The translations under genes and the position numbers were made by a program. A stretch of 32,000 nucleotides of DNA from Pseudomonas aeruginosa. Lineage in GTDB: Bacteria; Pseudomonadota; Gammaproteobacteria; Pseudomonadales; Pseudomonadaceae. This document shows positions 1-10,369 of this stretch, in pieces (position 1 is the stretch's first letter; every line of letters begins with the position of its first letter). Under the pieces are notes generated by a model. It was not told the DNA's origin. It saw only the letters and a program-made list of their open reading frames with translations, and did not search any database. The stretch spans positions 990,001 through 1,022,000 of the forward strand of contig NZ_LN831024.1 of assembly GCF_001457615.1 (NCBI RefSeq), read 5' to 3'.

Positions 1-158
1 ACGGGCGGGACGGCTCCAGGCGGGCCGCCGCGAGGCCGGCGGGAACCCCGTCGACGCCGCGTCGTCTGATGCCGCGACGCCGGGCGGCCGGCGCCTCCGC
101 TGTGCTAATCTGCCGCCCATTCACAGCGCCTTCGACGGCTTGATCTGCAGGAGTCTGC

Positions 159-1514
159 ATGCACATCCACGTACTCGGCATCTGCGGGACCTTCATGGGC
201 TCGCTGGCCGTGCTGGCCAAGGAACTGGGCCACCGGGTGACCGGTTCCGACGCCAACGTCTACCCCCCCATGAGCACCCAGCTGCAAGCCCAGGGCATCG
301 AGTTGATGCAGGGCTACGATCCGGCCCACCTGGAGCCGGCGCCGGACCTGGTAGTGATCGGCAACGCCCTGTCGCGCGGCAATCCGGCGGTGGAGCATGT
401 CCTGAACAAGGGCCTGCCCTACGTTTCCGGCCCGCAGTGGCTGGCCGACCACGTGCTGCAAGGACGCTGGGTGCTGGCGGTGGCCGGTACCCACGGCAAG
501 ACCACCACCACCAGCATGCTCGCCTGGGTCCTGGAGCACGCCGGCATGAGCCCGGGCTTCCTGATCGGCGGGGTGCCGCAGAACTTCGGGGTTTCGGCGC
601 GCCTGGGCGGTACGCCGTTCTTCGTGGTCGAGGCCGACGAGTACGACAGCGCCTTCTTCGACAAGCGCTCGAAGTTCGTCCATTACCGCCCGCGCACGGC
701 GATCCTGAACAACCTGGAATTCGACCACGCGGATATCTTCCCCGACCTCGCGGCCATCGAGCGGCAGTTCCACCATCTGGTGCGCACTGTGCCGGGCGAG
801 GGCCTGATCATTCGCCCGAGCGCCGAGAAAGCCCTGGAGCGCGTACTCGGGATGGGCTGCTGGACCCCGGTGCAGACCACCGGCGAAGGCGGCCAGTGGC
901 AGGCGCGCCTGCTCGCCGAGGACGGCTCGCGCTTCGAGGTGCTGTTCGACGGCATCGTCCAGGGCGAGGTGGACTGGCCGCTGACCGGCCTGCACAACGT
1001 CGCCAACGCCCTCGCCAGCCTGGCGGCGGCGCGCCATGTCGGCGTGATGCCCAGCCAGGGCGCGGCGGCGCTCAGCGAATTCCGCAACGTCAAGCGGCGC
1101 ATGGAGAAGGTCGCGGAGGTCCGGGGCGTGACCCTCTACGACGACTTCGCCCACCATCCGACCGCCATCGCCACCACCCTCGACGGCCTGCGCAAGCAGG
1201 TTGGCGCCGATACCCAGGTGATCGCCATCGTCGAGCCGCGTTCCAACTCGATGAAGCTCGGCGCTCATCGCGACGGCCTGCCGGACAGCGTGCGCCAGGC
1301 CGACCAGGTGCTCTGGTACGCGCCGCCGAACCTGGGCTGGGACCTGGCCGCCACCGCCGCGCAATGCGCGATACCGTCGCAGGTCTGCGATACCCTGGAG
1401 GCGATCATCGAGCAGGTGCGCCAGCAGGCCAGGCCCGGCGCGCAAGTGGTGATCATGAGCAACGGCGGCTTCGGCGGCTTGCACGGCAAGCTGGCCGCGG
1501 CGCTGGCCGAGTGA
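159..1514 (+). CDS. mpl: UDP-N-acetylmuramate:L-alanyl-gamma-D-glutamyl-meso-diaminopimelate ligase (murein peptide ligase)
   Basis: 451-aa ORF with an ATG start. It has the N-terminal MHIHVLGICGTFMGSLA motif, the Mur-ligase P-loop GTHGKTTTT, and full-length Mur-ligase/Mpl-like sequence throughout. Confidence 0.95.
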   Translation: MHIHVLGICGTFMGSLAVLAKELGHRVTGSDANVYPPMSTQLQAQGIELMQGYDPAHLEPAPDLVVIGNALSRGNPAVEHVLNKGLPYVSGPQWLADHVLQGRWVLAVAGTHGKTTTTSMLAWVLEHAGMSPGFLIGGVPQNFGVSARLGGTPFFVVEADEYDSAFFDKRSKFVHYRPRTAILNNLEFDHADIFPDLAAIERQFHHLVRTVPGEGLIIRPSAEKALERVLGMGCWTPVQTTGEGGQWQARLLAEDGSRFEVLFDGIVQGEVDWPLTGLHNVANALASLAAARHVGVMPSQGAAALSEFRNVKRRMEKVAEVRGVTLYDDFAHHPTAIATTLDGLRKQVGADTQVIAIVEPRSNSMKLGAHRDGLPDSVRQADQVLWYAPPNLGWDLAATAAQCAIPSQVCDTLEAIIEQVRQQARPGAQVVIMSNGGFGGLHGKLAAALAE

Positions 1515-1522
1515 GGGGCGCG

Positions 1523-2152
1523 ATGAGCGGTCCGGAACGCATTACCCTGGCGATGACCGGCGCCTCCGGCGCCCAGTACGGCCTGCGCTTGCTCGATTGC
1601 CTGGTGCAGGAAGAGCGCGAGGTGCACTTCCTGATCTCCAAGGCCGCGCAACTGGTGATGGCCACCGAGACCGACGTGGCCTTGCCGGCCAAGCCGCAGG
1701 CGATGCAGGCCTTCCTCACCGAATATTGCGGTGCCGCCGCCGGACAGATCCGCGTGTTCGGCCAGAACGACTGGATGGCGCCGCCGGCCTCCGGCTCCAG
1801 CGCGCCCAATGCCATGGTGATCTGCCCGTGTTCCACCGGCACCCTGTCGGCGGTCGCCACGGGGGCCTGCAACAACCTCATCGAGCGCGCCGCCGATGTC
1901 GCCCTGAAGGAGCGCCGGCCGCTGGTGCTGGTGCCGCGCGAGGCGCCGTTCTCCAGTATCCACCTGGAAAACATGCTCAAGCTGTCCAACCTCGGCGCGG
2001 TGATCCTGCCGGCGGCGCCGGGCTTCTACCACCAGCCGCAATCGGTGGAGGACCTGGTGGACTTCGTCGTCGCGCGAATCCTCAACACCCTGGGGATTCC
2101 CCAGGATATGCTGCCGCGCTGGGGGGAACAGCACCTTGTCAGCGACGAGTAG
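1523..2152 (+). CDS. ubiX: Flavin prenyltransferase UbiX
   Basis: ATG at 1523, 4 nt after a GAGGGG Shine-Dalgarno (SD). The 209-aa product begins MSGPERITLAMTGASGAQYGLRLL, the flavoprotein fold typical of UbiX/Pad1. Only the 3' third of track ORF 140..2152 is real. Confidence 0.93.
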   Translation: MSGPERITLAMTGASGAQYGLRLLDCLVQEEREVHFLISKAAQLVMATETDVALPAKPQAMQAFLTEYCGAAAGQIRVFGQNDWMAPPASGSSAPNAMVICPCSTGTLSAVATGACNNLIERAADVALKERRPLVLVPREAPFSSIHLENMLKLSNLGAVILPAAPGFYHQPQSVEDLVDFVVARILNTLGIPQDMLPRWGEQHLVSDE

Positions 2153-2429
2153 GGTGCTGCTGCTGGTCCTGGCGGTGCAGATGAGCGGTTGCGCCACCGT
2201 GCGCACCCTGGATGCGGCCAAGCCAGGGGCGCCGGTGGTCTACGCCGGCACCCGGCTGGATTGGTACAGCCTGCACGGCGGCTGCTGCCCGATGGAACGC
2301 TTCGGCGCGGAGGCGCCGGCCCATCCGGGGCTCGACCTGCCGGGCAGCGCGCTGCTGGACACCCTGTTGCTGCCGTTCTCGCTGGCCACCGCCATCGGCC
2401 TCAACCTGGGCATCAGCGGCGGCATGTAG
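2136..2429 (+). CDS. Small lipoprotein, YceK/DUF1375-like
   Basis: 97 aa with a TTG start and GGGGGGAA 7 nt upstream. It has a signal peptide with lipobox VQMSG|C and a YAGTRLDW motif resembling the YceK family. It overlaps the ubiX 3' end by 17 nt. Confidence 0.7.
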   Translation: MSATSRVLLLVLAVQMSGCATVRTLDAAKPGAPVVYAGTRLDWYSLHGGCCPMERFGAEAPAHPGLDLPGSALLDTLLLPFSLATAIGLNLGISGGM

Positions 2430-2448
2430 GGCGGGACCCGCCCCAGGC

Positions 2449-4876
<2,428 letters not shown>

Positions 4877-5066
4877 GCGGCGTTCCCGATGAGTGGTTCG
4901 GTCCGAGGGTGGAGGGGAGACAGTGTGGCGGAAAAATCGTTGCCTGGCAGTAGGGTATTTCCCTGCCGGCCCAGAGCGCCCCCGCGAGCGGGGGCTTTTG
5001 GAAGGGGGGAGAGGGGCGCGAAGGCGCCTGGCCGTCAAGCGAACGGCAGCGCTCGCTGGGGCGGGC

Positions 5067-5522
5067 TCAGACGAAGCAGAGGCTGAGGGTCTCGGCGATG
5101 TAGGCGGGTTTCTCCTGGCCTTCGATCTCCAGGGTGGCGCGCGCCTTGATCAGCCACTGGCCGGGATTCTTCTCGTTGACGTCGAGCAGGGTCAGGCCCA
5201 GGCGGACCCGCGAGCCGACCCGCACCGGCTGGATGAAGCGCACCGTATCGAGGCCGTAGTTGACCGCCATCTTCAGTCCTTCGGGAAGCACCAGCAGGCC
5301 TTCCATCAGCTTCGGGATCAGCGACAGGGACAGGAAACCGTGGGCGATGGTGCCGCCGAAGGGCGTCTTCGCCGCCTTCTCCGGATCGACGTGGATGAAC
5401 TGGTGGTCGCCGGTGCATTCGGCGAACTGGTCGACCCGCTCCTGGTCGATGGTGAGCCATTCGGAATGGCCGAGATCCTTGCCGACATAGTCCTTGAGCG
5501 CTGCTACGGGTACGAATGGCAT
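5067..5522 (-). CDS. MaoC-like (R)-specific enoyl-CoA hydratase / hot-dog-fold dehydratase
   Basis: ATG at 5522, 3 nt after a GGAGGA SD, giving 151 aa. Hot-dog-fold motifs are present (FAECTGDHQFIHVDPEKAAKTPFGGTIAHG). The 17 upstream codons of the track ORF are probably not translated. Confidence 0.85.
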   Translation of the reverse strand: MPFVPVAALKDYVGKDLGHSEWLTIDQERVDQFAECTGDHQFIHVDPEKAAKTPFGGTIAHGFLSLSLIPKLMEGLLVLPEGLKMAVNYGLDTVRFIQPVRVGSRVRLGLTLLDVNEKNPGQWLIKARATLEIEGQEKPAYIAETLSLCFV

Positions 5523-5715
5523 AAGTCCTCCGGGAGGATGGCTGTTGTTCTCATGGTGCAGGAAGATCAGCACGCGTTGGCGACCGGGTCAAGAAACCAT
5601 CGGCCTGGCGAATATCGCGTCATGCGGTGCCGCGACTGCGACTGATGGATAGGCGAGGAGCGTGCCAATGTCCCGGCGGGCTGGGCATAATGGTCGGCCC
5701 TTGCTGGAGGTGCCC

Positions 5716-6078
5716 ATGTTGCTTCGTGGTCTGACCTGGCTGGTGCTGTTCCAGTTGCTCGGCACAGGTCTGAACGTTCTGTTGTTGCCCATGCTGCCCG
5801 GTCCGATCATCGGCCTGGTGCTGCTGTTCGGTTATTTCCTGGCGCGTGGCGAGGTCGGCAAGCCGGTCAACGAGGCGGCCGGCTCGTTGCTGCGCTACCT
5901 GCCGCTGCTGCTGGTGCCGGCGGCGGTCGGGGTGATGGCCTATGCGCGGGAGATCGCCGCTGACTTCTGGGCCATCGTCGGCGCGCTGGTACTGTCGCTG
6001 GTGCTGTCGTTCCTGTTCGCCGGCTGGATGATGCAGAAGCTCATCGATCGCCAGCAACGTCGCCGGGAGGAGTCCTGA
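5716..6078 (+). CDS. lrgA: CidA/LrgA-family small membrane protein
   Basis: ATG at 5716, 5 nt after a GGAGG SD, giving 120 aa. The protein has four hydrophobic segments and a basic C-terminal tail (DRQQRRREES), typical of LrgA/CidA. The gene symbol comes from my recollection of P. aeruginosa usage. Confidence 0.8.
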   Translation: MLLRGLTWLVLFQLLGTGLNVLLLPMLPGPIIGLVLLFGYFLARGEVGKPVNEAAGSLLRYLPLLLVPAAVGVMAYAREIAADFWAIVGALVLSLVLSFLFAGWMMQKLIDRQQRRREES

Positions 6079-6788
6079 TGGCCTGGCAGGCCGCCCTCGA
6101 GGCGGTGATCCACCATCCGCTGTTCGGCGTCGGCGTGACCCTGGGCGCCTACCAGTTGGCCCTGGCCGCCTATGAACGGACCCGCTGGGTGTTCCTGCAG
6201 CCGGTGCTGGTATCGATGCTGGTGGTGATCGGCGTGCTGCTGCTTTGCGGCATCGACTACGACGAATACAGTGCCAGCGCCAAGGTCCTGACCATTCTCC
6301 TCGGCCCCGCCACGGTGGCCCTGGCGGTGCCGCTGTTCCTCAACCTGCGGCGTATCCGCCAATTGTTCTGGCCGACCCTGCTGACCCTGGTGGTCGCCGG
6401 TACGCTGGCGACGGTGCTGGGCATCGCATTCGGCTGGCTGTTCGGTGCCGAGCCGCGGATGCTGATGAGCATGGCGCCGAAGTCGGTGACCTCGCCGATC
6501 GCCATGCTGGTGGCCAGCCAGATCGGCGGCGTGGCGGCGCTGGCCGCCGTGTTCGTACTGATCACCGGGGTGCTCGGGGCGATCCTCGGGCCGGAGCTGC
6601 TGCGCGCCATCGGCGTCCGGCACCCCGCCGCGCAGGGCATGGCGCTGGGCATGACGGCCCACGCGGTGGGCACTTCGCGGGCCTTGCAGGAAGGCGAGGA
6701 GTGTGGTGCCTTCGCCGCCCTGGCGATGAGCCTGATGGGCGTTGCCACCGCAGTGCTGCTACCGTTGGCGGTAGCGCTGGTTGCCTGA
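6078..6788 (+). CDS. lrgB: LrgB/CidB-family membrane protein
   Basis: 236 aa and polytopic. Its ATG shares 1 nt with the lrgA stop (TGATG). It contains the LrgB-like motif MAPKSVTSPIAM. Confidence 0.85.
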   Translation: MAWQAALEAVIHHPLFGVGVTLGAYQLALAAYERTRWVFLQPVLVSMLVVIGVLLLCGIDYDEYSASAKVLTILLGPATVALAVPLFLNLRRIRQLFWPTLLTLVVAGTLATVLGIAFGWLFGAEPRMLMSMAPKSVTSPIAMLVASQIGGVAALAAVFVLITGVLGAILGPELLRAIGVRHPAAQGMALGMTAHAVGTSRALQEGEECGAFAALAMSLMGVATAVLLPLAVALVA

Positions 6789-6807
6789 CGATGCCCGAGG
6801 AGTCGCG

Positions 6808-7401
6808 ATGAAGTTGCCGTTGTTTCCCCTCAACGCCGTGCTGTTCCCCGGTTGCCGCCTGGACCTGCAGATCTTCGAGGCGCGCTACCTGGACATGATC
6901 AGCCGCTGCATGAAGCAGGGCACCGGTTTCGGCGTGGTGACCATCGGCGAAGGGCGGGAGGTCGGCGAAGCGCCGAGCCGCCTGGCGATGGTCGGCTGCG
7001 AGGCCTCGGTCCGCGACTGGCAGCAGCGCCCGAACGGCCTGCTGGGCATCCGCGTGGAGGGCGGACGGCGTTTCCAGGTGCTGTCGGTGGAGGTCCAGGC
7101 CGACCAGCTCAGCGTCGGCGAGATCGAGTGGTTCGAAGACCTGCCGGAGCAACCCCTGACCTACGAACACAACGATCTCGCCGCGTTGCTCAGCGTGCTG
7201 GCCGAGCATCCGATGGTGGCCGCGCTGGAGATGGGCGGCGAGCCCGGCGGCCAGCAGGACCTGGCCAACCAGTTGGCCTACCTGCTGCCGTTCGATACCG
7301 AACGCAAGCTCGAACTGCTCGCCCTGCCCGACGCGCAGATGCAACTGGCGCGGATCCAGGTGCTGCTGGAGCACCTGCAGGGCGAGTTGGGTATCGACTG
7401 A
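6808..7401 (+). CDS. Stand-alone Lon N-terminal (LON substrate-binding, PUA-like) domain protein
   Basis: ATG at 6808, 5 nt after a GAGGAG SD, giving 197 aa. MKLPLFPLNAVLFPGCRLDLQIFEARY matches the start of the Lon N-domain. No AAA+ or protease domain follows. Confidence 0.8.
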   Translation: MKLPLFPLNAVLFPGCRLDLQIFEARYLDMISRCMKQGTGFGVVTIGEGREVGEAPSRLAMVGCEASVRDWQQRPNGLLGIRVEGGRRFQVLSVEVQADQLSVGEIEWFEDLPEQPLTYEHNDLAALLSVLAEHPMVAALEMGGEPGGQQDLANQLAYLLPFDTERKLELLALPDAQMQLARIQVLLEHLQGELGID

Positions 7402-7411
7402 GCGCCAACCC

Positions 7412-8725
7412 TCACAGCGGCCGGTAGCGCGCAATGGCTTCCGGCAGGGCCCAGCCGGCGGCGATCGCCAGGGTCGCCACGCAGACCGGCAACAGCAGCC
7501 ACCAGACCCGTTGCGGCAGCGCCGGCAGCGACTCGCGGCGCTGGCTCAGCCACAGGCTGGCGGCGCAGACCGTAGTGGCGAGCAGGGCGCCGGCGACGAT
7601 GTCCGACGGCCAGTGCACGCCAAGGTAGACCCGCGACAGGGCGATGCTCAGCGACGGGATCACCGCCAGCAGTACCCAGGTCAGGCGCCAGCGCGGCGGT
7701 TGCTGGCGGCTGGCGAGGACGCCCAGGGTGAGGAAGAAGGCGAAGGACGCCGAGCTGTGTCCGCTGGGGAAGCTGAAGCTGCTCAGCGGTTCGGCCAGCA
7801 CTTCCGGGCGGGCGCGGGCGAACAGGGTCTTCAGGGTCTGGTTGGCCAGCGCGGTACCCACCAGGGTGCCGATGGCGAAGATGGCCGGACGCCATTGCCG
7901 GGTCAGCAGGAGGATACCGCCGAGCAGCGCGCCGGCGATGAACTGGGTGCGGAAATCGCCGAGCCGGGTGACCACCACCATCACCGGGTTCAGGTCGGCG
8001 TTACGATGCTCCTGGACCAGCGTCATCAGGCCCTGGTCGAGGTCCTGGAGGTACGGCCAGGCGACGGTCATCGCCAGCAGCAGGACCAGGCTCAGCGCGG
8101 CCGCCACAGCGGTTGCCCAGCGTTTGCGCCGCAGGCTGGCCTGGACTACCACGCCGACCAGCACCGCCAGGCAGGCCGCGACGATCCCGGCTTCGCTCCA
8201 GAAGCCTTCCGGCAACGGCAGGCGCAGGGCTGCGCCGGTGGCCCAGCCGGGCAACAGGTAGGCGACCGCCCAGCCGGCGGCGGCGATCAGCGAAACGCCG
8301 AGAAAACGGCCGAACGGCATGTCGAGCATGCCGGCGACCATCGGCAGCATCGGTCGCAGGGCGCCGATGAAGCGGCCGACCAGCAGGCTGGCGATACCGT
8401 AGCGTTCGAAGTACACCTCGGCGGCGGTGATCCACTGCGGATGGCTGCGCAGGCCGGGCAGGCGGCGGATGTTCTGGTGGAAGCGGCGGCCGATCCAGTA
8501 CGAGCTGAGGTCGCCCAGCACCCCGCCGGCGTAGGCCAGCAGCAGGGTTTCGCCGAGGCCGAGGGCGCCGCTGCCGGCGATCACCGCGACGCCGAACAGC
8601 AGCACCACGCCGGGCAGGACGATACCGACGATGGCCGCGCATTCGAGAAAGGCGATGAGGAAGATGGCCAGCCCCAGCCACTCGGGGTTGGCGGCCATCC
8701 AGGCGTTGAAGCTGTCGAGACTCAT
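7412..8725 (-). CDS. Fusion membrane protein: N-terminal DedA-family domain plus C-terminal PAP2 (type 2 phosphatidic acid / polyprenyl-diphosphate phosphatase) domain
   Basis: ATG at 8725 (codon 96 of track ORF 7412..9010), giving 437 aa. DedA motifs are FLECAAIVGIVLPG, GGVLGDLSSYWIGRRF and FERYGIASLLVGRFIGALRP. PAP2 motifs are KTLFARARP (KX6RP), PSGH and SRVYLGVHWPSD (SRX5HX3D). The start overlaps the upstream stop as ATGA. Confidence 0.88.
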   Translation of the reverse strand: MSLDSFNAWMAANPEWLGLAIFLIAFLECAAIVGIVLPGVVLLFGVAVIAGSGALGLGETLLLAYAGGVLGDLSSYWIGRRFHQNIRRLPGLRSHPQWITAAEVYFERYGIASLLVGRFIGALRPMLPMVAGMLDMPFGRFLGVSLIAAAGWAVAYLLPGWATGAALRLPLPEGFWSEAGIVAACLAVLVGVVVQASLRRKRWATAVAAALSLVLLLAMTVAWPYLQDLDQGLMTLVQEHRNADLNPVMVVVTRLGDFRTQFIAGALLGGILLLTRQWRPAIFAIGTLVGTALANQTLKTLFARARPEVLAEPLSSFSFPSGHSSASFAFFLTLGVLASRQQPPRWRLTWVLLAVIPSLSIALSRVYLGVHWPSDIVAGALLATTVCAASLWLSQRRESLPALPQRVWWLLLPVCVATLAIAAGWALPEAIARYRPL

Positions 8726-9441
8726 TGCAGGTGCGGGTCCTGATGTCCGAGTAGATGATAGTCGCGCCCGGCGACCTGGCCGCGGCGCAGTGGGTTGCGG
8801 GTGCAGAAGGCGGCGAAGGTGGCATCGACGAAACGGTACGGCAGGTGTTCGTCGCGCCCCTTCGGAATGCCCAGCCGAGCGGCCTGGATCACCTGGCTGG
8901 GGCGCTCGCCGACATCGTCGACGAACAGTCGCTGCGGGTCGAAGCGCTGTGCGTCCCACTCCGGCACCTTCAGCCCCATGGCCTTGCACAGCAGGGTCTG
9001 GCCGGCGCACAGGCGGCCGATCTCGCGGGGCCGGCCCTGGCTGTCCGGGTTCAGGCTCTGCATCCGCTCCAGCGCCGTGTGGTCGCTGATGCGATCCAGC
9101 CAGGGATGGCCGGACTTGATCAGCACCGCATTGCCCGGCCCGCCGGCGCTGAAGTTCAGCGAGTCGCCGCCGCGCGCGTAATACATATAGATGTGCCCGC
9201 CGTCGAGGAACAGTGCCTTGCGCTTCTCGGTGTAGCCGAGCGAGGCATGGCTGCCTTTCTCCTCCAGGTAGTAGGCCTCGGTCTCGATGATTCGCGCCGC
9301 CAGCCAGAGATTGCCCTGGCGATGGCGGATCACCTTGCCCAGCAACTCGCGGGCGACCAGCAACGCATCGCGGTCGAAGAAGGTGTCGGGGAGCGGCCGG
9401 GCGTCGGGCCAGGGCAAACTAAGGATGGGATCGCGGGACAT
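8722..9441 (-). CDS. mpg: DNA-3-methyladenine glycosylase, Mpg/AAG family
   Basis: ATG at 9441 (codon 64 of track ORF 8722..9630), giving 239 aa. It carries the FFDRDALLVARELLGK motif and the catalytic-Glu motif IIETEAYY typical of the AAG/Mpg family. No clear SD is present. Confidence 0.85.
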   Translation of the reverse strand: MSRDPILSLPWPDARPLPDTFFDRDALLVARELLGKVIRHRQGNLWLAARIIETEAYYLEEKGSHASLGYTEKRKALFLDGGHIYMYYARGGDSLNFSAGGPGNAVLIKSGHPWLDRISDHTALERMQSLNPDSQGRPREIGRLCAGQTLLCKAMGLKVPEWDAQRFDPQRLFVDDVGERPSQVIQAARLGIPKGRDEHLPYRFVDATFAAFCTRNPLRRGQVAGRDYHLLGHQDPHLQ

Positions 9442-9504
9442 GGGATTGTCGCTGGGACCATGGCAGTCATAGGCTGGCGAATGATAACAACAAGAGCCTG
9501 AATC

Positions 9505-10362
9505 ATGGTTGAACGAGAGCGTGTCGACAGTGCCCACATCACGCCCAGCGCCCATTACACCGGGTACGTCTGGTTCCGCCATCGACTCGCCGAACCGGCC
9601 TTCGCCACCGTCTTCGGCCGCTGGGTACACGGCTTCGTCGCGCCGATCAACTGGGGCGCGCAGCTCGGTTTCGGACTGAACATCGAGGATTTCCTGTTAC
9701 AAAGACACCTCATGATCGACGCGCGCCTGACCCAGGCCGTCGAACGCGAGGGAGTGGTCCAGGTGGTGGAAATGGCCTGCGGGCTCTCGCCGCGTGGGCG
9801 ACGCTTCCGGCAACGCTATCCACAGTTGCGCTACCTGGAGGCCGACCTGCCGCCGATGGCCGCGCGCAAGGCGGCGTTGCTCCGCGAGCAGGGGTGGCTG
9901 GGCCCGGAGCACGCGGTGGCGGCTGTGGATATCCTCGCCGAGGACGGCGAGCGCAGCCTTGCCGCGCTGTTCGCCGGGCTCGATCGCGAGCGCCCGCTGG
10001 TGGTGATCACCGAGGGGCTGGTGAACTATTTCCAGCGCCCGGTGATCGAGGCCTTCTGGAGTCGCCTGGCGACCGAACTTAAACGCTTCCCCCAGGGCAC
10101 CTACCTGACCGACCTCTATCCCGATCTCCGCGAGCACCCGCGCTACCGGCAGATCCGCTGGGGAGTGGGGATCATCGGGCGGCTGACGCGGGGAAGCTAT
10201 CCGTTGCATTACCGCAATGCCGCGGAAATCGAGGCGGCCTTCGCCCGCTGCGGCTTCGCCTCCACCCTGGTGCTCGACCCGCAGCGCGAAGGCGCCGCCC
10301 TGGGCTTGCCGCAGGGACGCCTGCCGAGCCTGGTGCGGGTGATCGAAAGCCGCACGGCATAG
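9505..10362 (+). CDS. Class I SAM-dependent methyltransferase (LCMT/TcmP-like O-methyltransferase family, tentative)
   Basis: 285 aa with an ATG start. Motif I is the variant VVEMACGLSPRGRRF, with acidic post-I residues (YLEADLP). The subfamily assignment is by resemblance only. Confidence 0.75.
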   Translation: MVERERVDSAHITPSAHYTGYVWFRHRLAEPAFATVFGRWVHGFVAPINWGAQLGFGLNIEDFLLQRHLMIDARLTQAVEREGVVQVVEMACGLSPRGRRFRQRYPQLRYLEADLPPMAARKAALLREQGWLGPEHAVAAVDILAEDGERSLAALFAGLDRERPLVVITEGLVNYFQRPVIEAFWSRLATELKRFPQGTYLTDLYPDLREHPRYRQIRWGVGIIGRLTRGSYPLHYRNAAEIEAAFARCGFASTLVLDPQREGAALGLPQGRLPSLVRVIESRTA

Positions 10363-10369
10363 CCGCCTC

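Noticed and set aside
1-69. Frame-1 reading ends at TGA 67-69 and could be the 3' end of an upstream gene.
   Set aside because: Only 22 codons are visible (TGGTAPGGPPRGRREPRRRRVV) and they carry no recognisable motif, so this cannot be supported.
105-1484. 459-aa minus-strand ORF antisense to mpl. Similar long antisense ORFs include 14012..16717 (901 aa), 28327..31620 (1097 aa), 19893..21362, 11851..13143, 3251..4597, 7511..8743, 25146..26537 and 17651..18769.
   Set aside because: Each lies opposite a gene with strong motif-level identification. Their products are Arg/Ala/Gly/Pro-rich and low in complexity. Stop codons are rare in any frame at this GC content, so these are shadow ORFs.
140-2152. 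670-aa plus-strand ORF spanning mpl and ubiX, and likewise the 735-aa ORF 11592..13799.
   Set aside because: Only the last ~209 codons (ubiX) and the last ~214 codons (nadD) look like protein. The upstream parts are out-of-frame read-through over mpl and proA.
2429-2443. Small GC hairpin (GGGCGG-GAC-CCGCCC) between the convergent YceK-like and NAD(P)-binding genes.
   Set aside because: It has a 6-bp stem, a 3-nt loop and no U-tract on either strand, which is too weak to call a terminator.
4927-4945. TGGCGG-N-TTGCC string resembling a sigma-54 -24/-12 element.
   Set aside because: The GG-to-GC spacing is about 15 nt rather than the canonical 12. It is also on the plus strand, whereas both flanking genes are on the minus strand.
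4978-4999. GCCCCC-loop-GGGGGC stem followed by TTTT on the plus strand, between two minus-strand genes.
   Set aside because: It looks like a plus-strand terminator, but no plus-strand gene ends here, and on the minus strand it lacks a U-tract. It may end an antisense transcript, but I have no other support for that.
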